NCBI GenBank assembly: GCA_963697335.1
Contig: CAVONQ010000014.1
Span: 32,001 to 96,000, forward strand
Direction: 5' to 3'
DNA length: 64,000 nucleotides
From: an uncultured cyanobacterium
GTDB lineage: Bacteria > Cyanobacteriota > Cyanobacteriia > PCC-6307 > Cyanobiaceae
Shown: positions 40,426-51,168 of the stretch, one piece after another
Layout of the letters: each line of letters begins with the position of its first letter
How positions within the stretch are numbered: position 1 is the first letter of the stretch
Notes under the pieces: generated by a model
Databases searched by the model: none
Told to the model about the DNA's origin: nothing
The model's input: only the letters and a program-made list of their open reading frames with translations
Translations under genes and position numbers: made by a program

Positions 40426-40968
40426 ATGGCAGCGACGCTTCTCCCGCCCCCCCCTCCCGCCGGGACACCGCCGCCCCAGGACGAGCGCATCAGCCACATC
40501 GTGCGCCGGCATGGCGCCAGGCCCGGGGAGCTGATCGAGGTGCTGCACCGGGTGCAGGAGCTGCAGGGCTGGCTGCCGCCCCAGGCCCTGGCCCAGGTGG
40601 CCCGGGAGCTGCAGCTGCCCCAGGCCCGCGTCTACGGGGTGGCCAGCTTCTACCACCTGTTCCGGCTGAGGGCCCCCACCGCCCACCGCTGTTCCGTGTG
40701 CCTGGGCACCGCCTGCTTCGTGAAAGGCGGGGCCGAGCTGGCGGCGCAGCTGGAGCGGCGGCTGGCGCTGCGGCTCGATGATCCCGCCGGCAACGGCGCC
40801 TGGAGCCTGGAGACCGTCAGCTGTCTGGGGGCCTGCAGCCAGGCGCCGGTGCTGGTGGTGGACGGCCAGCTGGAGGCGCAGCTGCCGTTGGATCAACCCG
40901 AGCGGCTTGAGGAACGGCTTTCTGCCCGGATCCCGGCTGTGGCTGAACCCACCGGGGGAAAGGGCTGA
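40426..40968 (+). CDS. hoxE: Bidirectional hydrogenase diaphorase subunit HoxE
   Basis: YGVASFY, CSVCLGTACFVKG, CLGAC. Confidence 0.93.
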   Translation: MAATLLPPPPPAGTPPPQDERISHIVRRHGARPGELIEVLHRVQELQGWLPPQALAQVARELQLPQARVYGVASFYHLFRLRAPTAHRCSVCLGTACFVKGGAELAAQLERRLALRLDDPAGNGAWSLETVSCLGACSQAPVLVVDGQLEAQLPLDQPERLEERLSARIPAVAEPTGGKG

Positions 40969-42581
40969 TGGCGGCCGCGACCCAGCTGCGTTGCTGCGGG
41001 GCCAGCGGCTGCCGCGCCGCGGGCAGCGAGGCCCTGCGGCAGGCCCTTGAGCAGGCGGCCCCGCCTGGGGTCGACGTCAAGAGCGTGGGCTGCCTGCGCC
41101 TGTGCGGCCGCGGCCCCCTGGTGGCCGTCGATCGGCCGGGGCAGTGCTCTGGCGCTGATGCTGGCGCTGGCTCTCCCGGCGACTCCCTGCTGTTCGGGGA
41201 GCTCCAGCCCGGCGAAGCTGGCGCGCTGGTGGAGGTGGCCCTGGGCCAGGGCCAGGGCCAAGGCGTTCTGGCGGATCGGCAGCTCGATCTGAGCCAGCCC
41301 TTCTTTGCCCTGCAGTGCCCGGTGGTGCTGGAGAACTGCGGGCTGATCGATCCCACCAGCCTGGACGACGCCCTGGCCCATGGGGCCTACGGCCAGCTGC
41401 GGCGGGTGCTGCAGGAGTGCAGCCCCGAGCAGGTGCGCGAGCAGGTGAAGCACAGCGGCCTGCGGGGGAGGGGCGGCGCCGGCTATCCCACGGGCCTGAA
41501 GTGGGACACGGTGGCCCTGCAGCCGCCCGCCCCCCGCATCGTGGTGTGCAACGCCGATGAGGGTGACCCCGGCGCCTTCATGGATCGCAGCGTGCTGGAG
41601 GGCGACCCGCACCGGCTGATCGAGGGCCTGGCGATCGCCGCCTACGCCGTGGGCGCCGAGCAGGCCTATGTGTATGTGCGGGCCGAGTATCCGCTGGCGA
41701 TCGAACGGCTGCGGCTGGCCTTGGAGCAGGCCCGCAGCCGCGGGCTGCTGGGGGCCCCGATCGACGGCAGTGGCTTCCAGCTGCAGCTGGAGCTGCGGGT
41801 GGGGGCCGGCGCCTATGTGTGCGGCGAGGAAACGGCGCTGCTGGCCTCTATCCAGGGGGAGCGCGGCACGCCTCGGCCACGGCCGCCCTTCCCCGCCGAG
41901 GTGGGCCTCTGGGGCGCCCCCACCCTGATCAACAACGTGGAGACCCTGGCCGCGATCCCGGCGATCCTGCGCCAGGGCGGCGCCTGGTATGCGGCCATCG
42001 GCACCGAGGGCAGCAAGGGCACCAAGGTGTTCGCGCTCTCGGGGGCGGTGGCGAACCCGGGCCTGGTGGAGGTGCCGATGGGCACCAGCCTGCGCACGTT
42101 GGCCCAGACCATCGGCGGCGGTGTGCCCGGCGGAGAGGGTGCCCACGCCGGCGTCAAGGCGGTGCAGACCGGCGGTCCCTCGGGCGGCTGCATTCCGGCC
42201 CGCCTGCTCGACACCCCGGTGGACTACGAGCGCCTGCGGGAGCTGGGTTCGATGATGGGCTCCGGCGGGCTGGTGGTGATGGGCGAGAGCACCTCGATGC
42301 CGGCGCTGGCCCGCTACTTCATGGGCTTCAACGTCAACGAGAGCTGCGGCAAATGCCTGCCCTGCCGGGCCGGCACCGTGCAGCTGGCCCAGCTGCTGGA
42401 TCGCTTCGTGGGGCGGCGGGCGACGCTGGCCGACCTCGAGCACCTGGAGGAGCTGTGTCGCATGGTGGGCGCCACCAGCCTCTGCGGCCTGGGCCAGGCG
42501 GCGCCCAACCCGGTGCTGAGCACCCTGCGCTACTACCGGCAGGAGTACCTGGAAGCCTGTCAGCCGGAGCTGAGCCCATGA
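40968..42581 (+). CDS. hoxF: Diaphorase subunit HoxF
   Basis: GLRGRGGAGYP, NADEGDPG, GAGAYVCGEE, ESCGKCLPCR, SLCGLG. Confidence 0.95.
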   Translation: MAAATQLRCCGASGCRAAGSEALRQALEQAAPPGVDVKSVGCLRLCGRGPLVAVDRPGQCSGADAGAGSPGDSLLFGELQPGEAGALVEVALGQGQGQGVLADRQLDLSQPFFALQCPVVLENCGLIDPTSLDDALAHGAYGQLRRVLQECSPEQVREQVKHSGLRGRGGAGYPTGLKWDTVALQPPAPRIVVCNADEGDPGAFMDRSVLEGDPHRLIEGLAIAAYAVGAEQAYVYVRAEYPLAIERLRLALEQARSRGLLGAPIDGSGFQLQLELRVGAGAYVCGEETALLASIQGERGTPRPRPPFPAEVGLWGAPTLINNVETLAAIPAILRQGGAWYAAIGTEGSKGTKVFALSGAVANPGLVEVPMGTSLRTLAQTIGGGVPGGEGAHAGVKAVQTGGPSGGCIPARLLDTPVDYERLRELGSMMGSGGLVVMGESTSMPALARYFMGFNVNESCGKCLPCRAGTVQLAQLLDRFVGRRATLADLEHLEELCRMVGATSLCGLGQAAPNPVLSTLRYYRQEYLEACQPELSP

Positions 42582-43309
42582 GCGTGCTCACCCTCACGGT
42601 GGATGGGCTGGAGGTGGCGGTGCCCGATGGCGCCTCGCTGCTGGATGCGGTGCGGGCCGCCGGCGCCGAGCTGCCCACGCTCTGCCACCTGGAGGGGCTC
42701 ACCCCGGTGGGGGCCTGCCGGCTCTGCCTGGTGGAGTTGGAGGAGACCGGCAGGCTGCTGCCCGCCTGCGCCACCGCCGCCGCCGAGGGCATGACGGTGC
42801 ACACCGACACGGCCCAGGTGCGCGACTACCGGCGCATGGCGGTGGAGCTGTTTTTCGCTGAGGGCAACCACGTGTGCGCCTTCTGTGTGGCCAGCGGCAG
42901 CTGCGAGCTCCAGGCCCTGGCGGTGGCGGTGGGCATGGACCACTCCCGCTTTCCCTACCAGTACCCCCAGCGCCGGGTGGATGCCTCCCACCCCCGCTTC
43001 GTGATCGACCACCACCGCTGCATCCTCTGCACCCGCTGCGTGCGCGTGTGCGATGAGGTGGAGGGGGCCCATGTGTGGGACGTGGCCCGCCGCGGTGCCC
43101 AGTGCTCGATCATCGCCGGTCTCGATCAGCCCTGGGGCGAGGTGGAGGCCTGCACCTCCTGCGGCAAGTGTGTGGACGTGTGCCCCACCGGCGCCATCTT
43201 CCACAAGGACGACACCACTACCGAGAAGCAGGTGCACCCGCCCCGGCCCCAGCTGCTGCGCCGCGCCCGGGAACAGAAGCAACAGAAGCAGCCGAACCCG
43301 TGGCCGTGA
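42578..43309 (+). CDS. hoxU: Diaphorase subunit HoxU
   Basis: PTLC...[35 protein letters not shown]. Confidence 0.95.
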   Translation: MSVLTLTVDGLEVAVPDGASLLDAVRAAGAELPTLCHLEGLTPVGACRLCLVELEETGRLLPACATAAAEGMTVHTDTAQVRDYRRMAVELFFAEGNHVCAFCVASGSCELQALAVAVGMDHSRFPYQYPQRRVDASHPRFVIDHHRCILCTRCVRVCDEVEGAHVWDVARRGAQCSIIAGLDQPWGEVEACTSCGKCVDVCPTGAIFHKDDTTTEKQVHPPRPQLLRRAREQKQQKQPNPWP

Positions 43310-43316
43310 GCCCGCC

Positions 43317-43892
43317 ATGACCATCCCGTCCCCGAAACTGCGCTTCGCCACGGTGTGGCTGGCCGGCTGCAGCGGCTGCCACATGTCGTTCCTCGATCTC
43401 GACGAATGGCTGTTCGAACTGGCGGCCCACGTGGATGTGGTGTATTCACCGGTGGCCAGCGACGCCAAGACCTATCCCGACAACGTGGATGTGTGCCTGG
43501 TGGAGGGGGCGGTGGCCAATGCCGACAACCTTGAGCTGGCCCTGCAGCTGCGTCAGCGCACCAGGCTGGTGATCTCCTTCGGCGACTGCGCCGTGACCGG
43601 CAATGTGCCGGCCCTGCGCAACCTCTGGAGCGACGTGGACGGCGGCAGCCGCCAGAGCGTGCTGGATCGCGGCTACCTGGAGCTGGCCGACACGGGCGGC
43701 CAGCACCCCCATGCCCCCGGCATCGTGCCGGAGCTGCTGGAGCGGGTGCTGCCCCTGCATGAGGTGATCCCGGTGGACCTCTATCTGCCGGGCTGCCCGC
43801 CGTCGGCGCAGCGCATCCGCGCCGCCATCGAACCGCTGCTGCGGGGCGAGATGCCGCTGATGGAAGGCAAGGCGATGCTGCAGTTCGGCTGA
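43317..43892 (+). CDS. hoxY: [NiFe] hydrogenase small subunit HoxY
   Basis: [17 protein letters not shown]. Confidence 0.95.
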   Translation: MTIPSPKLRFATVWLAGCSGCHMSFLDLDEWLFELAAHVDVVYSPVASDAKTYPDNVDVCLVEGAVANADNLELALQLRQRTRLVISFGDCAVTGNVPALRNLWSDVDGGSRQSVLDRGYLELADTGGQHPHAPGIVPELLERVLPLHEVIPVDLYLPGCPPSAQRIRAAIEPLLRGEMPLMEGKAMLQFG

Positions 43893-43899
43893 GGCCCCC

Positions 43900-45360
43900 A
43901 TGACCCGCACGATCACGATCGATCCCGTGACCCGCATCGAAGGGCACGCCAAGATCACCCTCCACCTCGATGGGGCCGGGCGCCTGGCCGATGCCCGCTT
44001 CCACGTGGTGGAGTATCGCGGCTTCGAAACCTTCTGCGAGGGCAGGCCATTCACCGATATGGCCGGGATCACGGCCCGCATCTGCGGCATCTGCCCGGTG
44101 AGCCACCTGCTGGCGGCGGCGAAAACCGGCGACAAGCTGCTGGCAGTGCAGCCGCCGCCGGCGGCGCGCCAGTTGCGGCGGCTGCTCAACCTGGCCCAGA
44201 TCTGCCAGAGCCATGCGCTCTCGTTCTTTCACCTGAGCAGCCCTGATTTCCTGCTGGGCTGGGAGAGCGATCCGGCGCGGCGCAATGTGTTCGGCCTGAT
44301 GGCCGCCGATCCCGATCTGGCCCGCGCCGGCATCCGGTTGCGACAGTTCGGCCAGCAGGTGCTGGAGCTGCTGGGGGGCCGCAAGATCCATTCGGCCTGG
44401 GCCGTTCCCGGCGGCGTGCGCACGCCCCTGAGCGCTGAGGCAAGGCAGTGGATCCTGGAGCGCCTGCCGGAGGCGAAGGCCACGGTGGCCATGGCCCTGG
44501 AGCTCTACAAATCCCTGCTGGATGGTCCGCTGCAGCGGGAGCAGAGCAGCTTCGGCGATTTCCCCTCGCTGTTCATGGGGCTGGTGGGGCCTGGCGGGCG
44601 CTGGGAGTGCATCGACGGCCTGATCCGCTTCACCGGCAGTGACGGCCGGATCGTGGCCGATGGCCTCAGCGAAGACGACTACGCCAGCTACCTGGGCGAG
44701 GCGGTGGAGAGCTGGAGCTACCTGAAATTTCCCTATTACAAGCCGCTGGGCTATCCCGAGGGGATCTACCGGGTGGGGCCACTGGCGCGGCTGAATGTGT
44801 GCGACTCGATCGGCACCCCCTGGGCCGACGCCGAACTGGCCGAGTTTCGCCAGCGCAGCGGCACTGAGGAGAGCGGCAGCCGCATCGTGACCTCCTCGTT
44901 TGCCTATCACCACGCCCGGCTGGTGGAGATCGTGGCCTGCCTGGAGGGGATCGAGCAGCTGGTGGCCGACGACAGCCTGATGGGCGGCCGCATCCGTGCT
45001 CGCGCCGACCTCAACGCCAACGAGGCGGTGGGCGTGAGCGAGGCACCGCGCGGCACCCTGTTTCACCACTACCGGGTGGATGACAACGGCCTGATCACCC
45101 GGGTGAACCTGATCATCGCCACGGGCCAGAACAACCTGGCCATGAACCGCACCGTGGCCCAGATTGCCCGGGAGTACTTCCCCGAACGGGTCGCCGACGG
45201 CGCCGAGATCCCCGAGCCGCTGCTCAACCGGGTGGAGGCGGGCATCCGCTGCTTCGATCCCTGCCTCTCCTGCAGCACCCATGCGGCGGGGCAGATGCCA
45301 CTGCACATTGAGTTGCGGGATGCGGGAGGTGAGTTAGTCGCGGAGCGGTTGAGGGATTGA
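43900..45360 (+). CDS. hoxH: [NiFe] hydrogenase large subunit HoxH
   Basis: [24 protein letters not shown] plus cleavable C-terminal tail. Confidence 0.97.
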   Translation: MTRTITIDPVTRIEGHAKITLHLDGAGRLADARFHVVEYRGFETFCEGRPFTDMAGITARICGICPVSHLLAAAKTGDKLLAVQPPPAARQLRRLLNLAQICQSHALSFFHLSSPDFLLGWESDPARRNVFGLMAADPDLARAGIRLRQFGQQVLELLGGRKIHSAWAVPGGVRTPLSAEARQWILERLPEAKATVAMALELYKSLLDGPLQREQSSFGDFPSLFMGLVGPGGRWECIDGLIRFTGSDGRIVADGLSEDDYASYLGEAVESWSYLKFPYYKPLGYPEGIYRVGPLARLNVCDSIGTPWADAELAEFRQRSGTEESGSRIVTSSFAYHHARLVEIVACLEGIEQLVADDSLMGGRIRARADLNANEAVGVSEAPRGTLFHHYRVDDNGLITRVNLIIATGQNNLAMNRTVAQIAREYFPERVADGAEIPEPLLNRVEAGIRCFDPCLSCSTHAAGQMPLHIELRDAGGELVAERLRD

Positions 45361-45458
45361 GGGGTGGGCACCAGGGGTCAAGCCCCACGGCTGAGGAACC
45401 TCCCTCAAAGAGTCCACGCTCTTGCCTGGGATGGCAGCGGTACTTGGCTGTGTAGTCG

Positions 45459-45630
45459 CGTGAACGGTCTTATGCGGACCCGCATAAGACGCAAGGGCCT
45501 CGAAGTGGCCACCCAGAAGCCGCTGCGATCAAAGGGCTCTTGTAGTGTGGCCCTGAGATGGGGGCGCTCTTATGCGGCTGCAGGTAGATGGGGTCAGATT
45601 TTATACGGGTCCGCCCAATCAGCGTTAGCC
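45459..45630 (+). mobile_element. Array-leading recombination site (attI-like, or unusually long attC)
   Basis: TCTTATGCGG twice, palindrome TCTTATGCGG-AC-CCGCATAAGA, ends TTATACGGGTCCGCCCAATCAGC-GTTAGCC; core complementary to the next attC R''. Confidence 0.65.
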
Positions 45631-45676
45631 AAATGAACAGCTCCCTGCTCTTAGTGCATTTCTAGAGGATGGACTT

Positions 45677-46372
45677 ATGTTTCCAGCTTATTCACTGAAT
45701 GAAGTCTTGCGCGAGATTGCCACAGCCTTTAGATCTCGCTACCAAAAAGAAGACGGTCAAAGAGTTCGCATGGTCGGGCTGCTATTTGCCCCACCTGGCG
45801 CGGCAATTAGTAAAGCCGAGATACTGCCTCGCCTTGATGACTTTCATCATCGTTCAGGGAACAACATCGATTTCTTCTGTGCAGGTTATGGCGCTTATTG
45901 GCCAGAGAGCTGGGTTTCCGATGCACAGCCAGTAACAACTACTACTGACCCCAGACTTGGCCTAAAGACAGATTGGCTTTACAGTTCAAAATACTTTCAC
46001 GACTTTCGCAAGGAGATAGAATCTACGGCGAAAAGCTGGAAATATAGTGGCGAGGTTGATCTTGTCTTGTTAAACGCCTATCCAGATACCGATGATCTGG
46101 CCAGACTCGATTTCACAGGTGCTGTTGTACTACGTATTGACCAGCTAAGAAACGATAAATTGATCGAGTCTGCACCTAAATTGCTCGAAAAGATCTTTCG
46201 TTATGCCGAAGTGCAAAGAGGGGATGATCCGACATGGGGTTTTAGTGATGAGATGGGATTTAAGGAGGGCCGTTCCTGGTTTGTAGAACTAGTTCTGTCT
46301 CGGCTCCCTCTGAAAACAGGAGAATTATGGAAGAGAGGGAGTCACTATGCCGTTTTAAATCTTACCCAGTAA
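45677..46372 (+). CDS. Cassette 1: hypothetical protein
   Basis: 231 aa, AT-rich, GAGG RBS, bounded by GTTAGCC and attC. Confidence 0.85.
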   Translation: MFPAYSLNEVLREIATAFRSRYQKEDGQRVRMVGLLFAPPGAAISKAEILPRLDDFHHRSGNNIDFFCAGYGAYWPESWVSDAQPVTTTTDPRLGLKTDWLYSSKYFHDFRKEIESTAKSWKYSGEVDLVLLNAYPDTDDLARLDFTGAVVLRIDQLRNDKLIESAPKLLEKIFRYAEVQRGDDPTWGFSDEMGFKEGRSWFVELVLSRLPLKTGELWKRGSHYAVLNLTQ

Positions 46373-46437
46373 AATGCTCGCATGGGAGAACTCGTCTATT
46401 CTATTGCTCACCACTATTGCAGCCAATTCCGCATTCT

Positions 46438-46527
46438 GGCTAACATCACCATTCACCAAAGCCACCGCCGAGAGGATTCTGGTTATCTCAGAAACTCCCT
46501 CCGGACTGGTGATGATGGGCGTTAGCC
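46438..46527 (+). mobile_element. attC site 1
   Basis: GGCTAAC...CATTCACCA...TGGTGATG...GTTAGCC; 90 bp, L boxes pair with one extra base. Confidence 0.88.
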
Positions 46528-46559
46528 TATGCGCAATTAAGACATGTTAATTCAAACGG

Positions 46560-47339
46560 ATGGCCAAGAGAAAACCACATTCGCTTGAATCACTTTCTGA
46601 TCGGGGCAGGCGACTGCTGCACGATTCGCATGATCCCACCGGAACACACAGTGAGTTTGAGAGCTGGGACCACGATGTTGCCAAATGGCTGGACACGGAA
46701 TTTCCTGACAGAGGGTTCTCCGCTCAATGGTCATCCATCTCCACGTCGCCGCTCGTTTTGGGAGGTTACTACAACGATGACCCAGGGTCATGGGCTGCCT
46801 TTCGAACTGCTGTGCAACGCCGCCTAAAATTTCTCAGCGAGGTAATACAAACGAAGTCGCATCGACCACCGACACGCACTAGTGCTACAGACACTAGACG
46901 GGTATTCTTGGTACACGGTCATGATGAGGCGGCTCGTGAAAAGGTCGCTCGATTTCTCGAAAAACTGGGGTTTACACCCATCATTCTCCACGAGCAACCA
47001 AACATGGGGCGGACGATTATCGAGAAATTCGCCGACTATTCCGATGTTGCTTATGCCGTCGTATTGCTAACGGCTGATGATATTGGCGGCACGAAAGACA
47101 CAAACGCAAATCAACTTGCAGCAAGAGCAAGGCCCAATGTGCTTTTTGAACTTGGCTACTTCATTGGCAAACTGGGTCGTGATCGCGTCTGCGCCCTCCA
47201 TGAAACAGGTGTCGAGATCTTGTCAGATTACAGTGGCGTGCTTTACGTGACATTGGATGTGACGAATGCTTGGCGCCTACATCTGGCAAGAGAAATGAAA
47301 GCCGCGGGGCTTCCCGTAGACATGAACAAAGCGATTTGA
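46560..47339 (+). CDS. Cassette 2: TIR-like nucleotide-binding domain protein (Cap12/PycTIR-type domain) with unknown N-terminus
   Basis: VFLVHGHD, PIILHEQ, TIIEKF, AVVLLTADD, ARPNVLFELGYFIGKLGR, SDYSGV. Confidence 0.9.
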   Translation: MAKRKPHSLESLSDRGRRLLHDSHDPTGTHSEFESWDHDVAKWLDTEFPDRGFSAQWSSISTSPLVLGGYYNDDPGSWAAFRTAVQRRLKFLSEVIQTKSHRPPTRTSATDTRRVFLVHGHDEAAREKVARFLEKLGFTPIILHEQPNMGRTIIEKFADYSDVAYAVVLLTADDIGGTKDTNANQLAARARPNVLFELGYFIGKLGRDRVCALHETGVEILSDYSGVLYVTLDVTNAWRLHLAREMKAAGLPVDMNKAI

Positions 47340-47422
47340 TTACCGGCTAACAATGAAGTCATGTTCAACTGCATGCCAGTGAGGAAATGAGGGAATTTAT
47401 GAACCTAAGTCGTTCCTGGCTA

Positions 47423-47515
47423 GGCTAACAAGCCCCTCGAGTGGACAGGCCGCCACTAAACTCTCTGCTAAGCCACCCCAAGTTCCTTGCCTGCCACTCA
47501 GGGGCAGCGTTCGAA
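47423..47515 (+). mobile_element. attC site 2
   Basis: GGCTAAC-AAGCCCCTCGAGTGGACAGGC...GCCTGCCACTCAGGGGCAGC-GTTCGAA; two extra-helical bases. Confidence 0.9.
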
Positions 47516-47801
47516 GGGTCAAGCCATTTCCTGAAGGATGTTGGAAGAAGATCTTTGGTGGCCTGAGAAGCGGTCTGCCATGGTAGAGAGTATAGCCCGT
47601 CTTGAAAAGCAGTTCGCAAAGTTGTTAGGAGGACTTTGTTATCTCAGGAGAATGTCAAGATTCTAATCTAGGTATGAGCTCCTTCGCGACGGAAATCCAG
47701 CAGATGCTTGGTCTGCAGGCAAGAGCTCTGCTCCACTCGCTGAAGACATCGTTAAATTTCCTCTCTGTTCACTGCATGGCGCTGCGATGGGGGCATAACA
47801 G

Positions 47802-49841
47802 ATGAAACGCCTCGTTTACATGACAAGCCCCCGCAAGAGCAGATCCGCTGCAGCATCAGCATCAAGGCAGCGCGTTTCGGCAGCGCCCACGATGGAATCC
47901 GGCGGCGTGGAGCGGCGCCTCACCGCACGACCCGACAGCGTTGACTTCCGGGATCTGATGTACGTGCCAACGTTGGTGGAAGTTCCACCAGAAAAACCGA
48001 TCGCCGACTATCGAGCGCTCGGCATTCCGGTGCTTGATCAGGGCAGTGAAGGCGCCTGCACGGGCTTCGGGCTTGCAACTCTGGCCAACTACCTGCTGGC
48101 CACCCGAAAAAGCCAGCCTGATTCGGAATCGGTAAGTCCGCATATGGCCTATAGCCTCGCCCGCCGTTACGACGAATGGGCCGGAGAGGACTATGACGGC
48201 TCCAGTTGCCGCGGTGCCATGAAAGGGTGGCACAAGCACGGAATCTGCACCAAAAAGCTCTGGACGAAATCGAGTCCGGCTAACAAGGGCCTCACACAGA
48301 GCGTGAGTGCTGATGCAGCCAAACGACCGCTTGGTTCCTACTTCCGGGTCAACCACACCGATTTCGTCGCCATGCACGCGGCGATCACGGAGGTGGGTGT
48401 GCTCTACGCAAGCGCCCGAGTTCATGAGGGATGGCAAAAAGTGGACAGCGATGGCCGCATCCATCCAAGCGACATCCCGCTCGGTGGTCACGCCTTCGCG
48501 ATCGTTGCCTATGACGCCGATGGCTTCTGGATCCAGAATTCCTGGGGGCCGACATGGGGGAATGAAGGGTTCTGCCATCTCGGCTATGCCGACTGGCTAG
48601 CGAATGGCAGTGATGCCTGGGTGGCCCGCCTGGGAGCGCCGGTGTCCATGCGATCCCCCGAGGGCACGGCTACGGGCCCGGTGGGCGCTGTTCGATCGAA
48701 CGCTTTCCAATACAACCAGATTCGCCCCCATGTGATCAGTTTGCGGAATGATGGTCAGCTCGATCCGCACGGCAACATCGCGACCACAACCGACCTGCTG
48801 GGGGAGATCATCAATCAGGATTTCATTCGCATCAGCGAGGGATGGAAGCGGCGACGGTTGGTGCTGTATGCCCACGGTGGGCTGGTTCCCGAAAATGCGG
48901 CGCTCCAGCGGACATCCGAATTCCTTGAGGAGATGCTACCCAAGGAATGCTATCCGCTGGCATTCATCTGGAAGAGCGATTATTGGAGCACCCTGCGCAA
49001 CATTCTCGAGGAAGCCACTCGCCATCGCCGCAATGAGGGTTGGATCGATGCGACCAAAGACTTCATGCTCGATCGCCTTGATGACGCGCTGGAACCCGTA
49101 GCACGTCATCTCACCGGTAAAGCGCAGTGGGACGAGATGAAAGAGAACGCTCAGCGCGCCACCACCTCGGCCCGCGGTGGCGCACGCCTGCTCGCCGCCG
49201 AGTTGGCGAAGCTGATGGCGAAGGAGCCCTCCATAGACCTCCATCTGGTGGCCCACAGTGCCGGCAGCATCCTCCATGCCCATCTGCTGCGTCACCTCAC
49301 GGAAGACCTTGGAATTACCGTGGCGTCCTGCACACTCTGGGCACCAGCCTGCACCACTGAGCTCTTCGAAGCCACGTATCTCCCTGCCCTCAAGAGTGGA
49401 CTTCTGCAATCTCTCCATCTCTACACTCTCAGCGACGTGGCCGAACAGAATGATCACTGCGCCCGCATCTACAACAAGTCCTTGCTCTATCTGGTGTCGC
49501 ATGCCTTTGAGGAACATGTGCGGATACCCCTGGTCGGTCCCCATGGAGAACCACTGCTTGGCATGGAGAGGTGGATCAAAGCAAACCCTGATCTGGCCAG
49601 ACTCTTCAGCGGGAGTTACCCCGGCGTGAGCTGGACCCGCTCACCGAACGACGCTCCGTCCGATTCACCATTGGCGGCGCGTGCCACCAGCCATGGAGAC
49701 TTCGACAGCCGCCGCTTCCATGTCGTGACATCCACTATCGCCCGCATCCGGGATGATGCCGTCACCTCGATGGAGGTAAGCCGGCTCCAGCGCACAGCGG
49801 CATCTCGTTCGGCACGCCGTGGAATCCTGAATGATCTCTGA
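47802..49841 (+). CDS. Cassette 3: C1 (papain-like) cysteine peptidase fused to an alpha/beta-hydrolase-like domain
   Basis: DQGSEGACTGF, GGHAF, QNSWG; C-terminal YAHGGL and HLVAHSAGS. Confidence 0.85.
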   Translation: MKRLVYMTSPRKSRSAAASASRQRVSAAPTMESGGVERRLTARPDSVDFRDLMYVPTLVEVPPEKPIADYRALGIPVLDQGSEGACTGFGLATLANYLLATRKSQPDSESVSPHMAYSLARRYDEWAGEDYDGSSCRGAMKGWHKHGICTKKLWTKSSPANKGLTQSVSADAAKRPLGSYFRVNHTDFVAMHAAITEVGVLYASARVHEGWQKVDSDGRIHPSDIPLGGHAFAIVAYDADGFWIQNSWGPTWGNEGFCHLGYADWLANGSDAWVARLGAPVSMRSPEGTATGPVGAVRSNAFQYNQIRPHVISLRNDGQLDPHGNIATTTDLLGEIINQDFIRISEGWKRRRLVLYAHGGLVPENAALQRTSEFLEEMLPKECYPLAFIWKSDYWSTLRNILEEATRHRRNEGWIDATKDFMLDRLDDALEPVARHLTGKAQWDEMKENAQRATTSARGGARLLAAELAKLMAKEPSIDLHLVAHSAGSILHAHLLRHLTEDLGITVASCTLWAPACTTELFEATYLPALKSGLLQSLHLYTLSDVAEQNDHCARIYNKSLLYLVSHAFEEHVRIPLVGPHGEPLLGMERWIKANPDLARLFSGSYPGVSWTRSPNDAPSDSPLAARATSHGDFDSRRFHVVTSTIARIRDDAVTSMEVSRLQRTAASRSARRGILNDL

Positions 49842-49870
49842 AAGAAGCTCTCTGACCCTGAACTTCTCTG

Positions 49871-50053
49871 TTGGGTGATCTTCGGGCGAAGAGTAAGATC
49901 AGGTTTGAACGACTTGTCGGCGGCAGCCCTGATGATGTCAGGGCCGTTGGATCTGGCGCCCCTGAGTTAAGCATCAATGATGGTGCCAGCTCCAGGGTTA
50001 ATTGCCAGCAGAAGGGCCCGACATTCATAATCCTGTTGACCGGTGGCGAATAG
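49871..50053 (+). pseudogene. Decayed RelE/HigB-like addiction-module toxin
   Basis: ERLVGGSPDDVRAVGSGAPELSINDG...QKG..IILLTGG aligns with the toxin at 50506. Confidence 0.7.
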
Positions 50054-50342
50054 CCTTCACAGAGCATCGTTATTGAAGAAGCAGATGGAGGTGCGGCCTT
50101 AACGCAGATGCACTGGGAGAAATCGCACGTGCACAAGGAATGACACTGACCGAGCTCCAGACTGGCCATGCGCGCAAAAGCCTCGAAATGACGTTTTAAG
50201 GTGCTGGCAGCCAAGGCATTGAGGAGGCCCCAAAGGTCATCCGTTCTCTGGCGTGAAGTTGGGCTGAAGTGTGCTCAAGGATTTTCCCCTGAGTTGCAGC
50301 ATCACGGCAAGAGTACAAGATGGTGGCAACATTACCGCGCCC

Positions 50343-50433
50343 TTCGAACACACTCTTAGATTGGACAGGCCACCCTCAGATCCCTACTACGCCCCCAAGG
50401 CTCCCTGCCTCCCACTCAAGGGGAGCGTTCGAA
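50343..50433 (+). mobile_element. attC site 3 (diverged)
   Basis: TTCGAAC...TGGACAGGC...GCCTCCCACTCAAGGGGAGC-GTTCGAA; same family as attC 2 and 4. Confidence 0.85.
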
Positions 50434-50470
50434 GGATGTGTCGTGCTTGAGGGGAGCCAGCAAGGCAGCG

Positions 50471-50499
50471 TTGCGCGGTCGTAGCCAGGAGGCTACAGT
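50471..50499 (+). promoter_or_regulatory. TA promoter with palindromic operator
   Basis: TTGCGC-17 bp-TACAGT overlapping GTAGCC-AGGA-GGCTAC. Confidence 0.7.
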
Positions 50500-50505
50500 T
50501 GGTGG

Positions 50506-50810
50506 ACGGTTGAAGTCCGCCAGGCAGAGCGGTTCGTCCGATGGCTTTCAGGTCTACGTGATCTGAGGGGCCGAGCGAAGGTTCTGGCCAGGATCGAGCG
50601 CCTCATCGGTGGTAATCCTGGTGACGTCAAGCCCGTTGGGGCAGGCGTGTCGGAGTTGCGGATCAACTACGGCCCTGGATATAGGGTCTACTACCTGCAG
50701 AAGGGAACTGAGTTGATCATTCTTTTGCTGGCGGAGACAAGAACTCACAAGCCAAGGACATTGATGAGGCCCTTCTGTTGGCAGACAACCTGACGGAGGA
50801 GACCTTATGA
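50506..50810 (+). pseudogene. Cassette 4: RelE/HigB-like addiction-module toxin, ACG in place of start and 1-nt frameshift near 50727
   Basis: VEVRQ.ERF..WL...RIERL..GNPGDVKPVGAGVSELRINYGPGYRVYY; GGDKNSQAKDI lies in another frame. Confidence 0.82.
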
Positions 50811-51115
50811 AAACCACGACCACTCCCTACGACGTTGCCGAGCATCTCCGCACACCTGAGGAGATGGCGGCCTACCTCGATGCCTGCATCGAGGAGGCGG
50901 ATGGAGATGCTGCCTTCATTGCCAAGGCCCTGGGCGACATTGCTCGGGCCCAAGGGATGACCCAGGTGGCCAGAGATTCCGGACTGTCCAGGGAGAGCCT
51001 CTACAAGGCCTTGTCTGGAGAGCGCAGCCCGAGCTTCGACACCATCCTGAAGGTGGTCACGGCCTTGGGTCTGAAGTTGAGCGCGAGTGTGAGAAGCGAT
51101 GCGGAAGTGACTTGA
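50807..51115 (+). CDS. Cassette 4: addiction-module antidote (HTH, HigA-like)
   Basis: ALGDIARAQGMTQVARDSGLSRESLYKALSG..SPSFDTILKV. Confidence 0.92.
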   Translation: MKTTTTPYDVAEHLRTPEEMAAYLDACIEEADGDAAFIAKALGDIARAQGMTQVARDSGLSRESLYKALSGERSPSFDTILKVVTALGLKLSASVRSDAEVT

Positions 51116-51168
51116 ACATTGCAGATGCGGCGTTGGTCCGCATACGCTGGCTATGGAGATGCGACACC

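Noticed and set aside
45364..45636. 90-aa ORF after hoxH
   Set aside because: Short WD40-like fragment (LAWDGSGTWL) running into the palindromic att region; not a credible gene and not an integrase.
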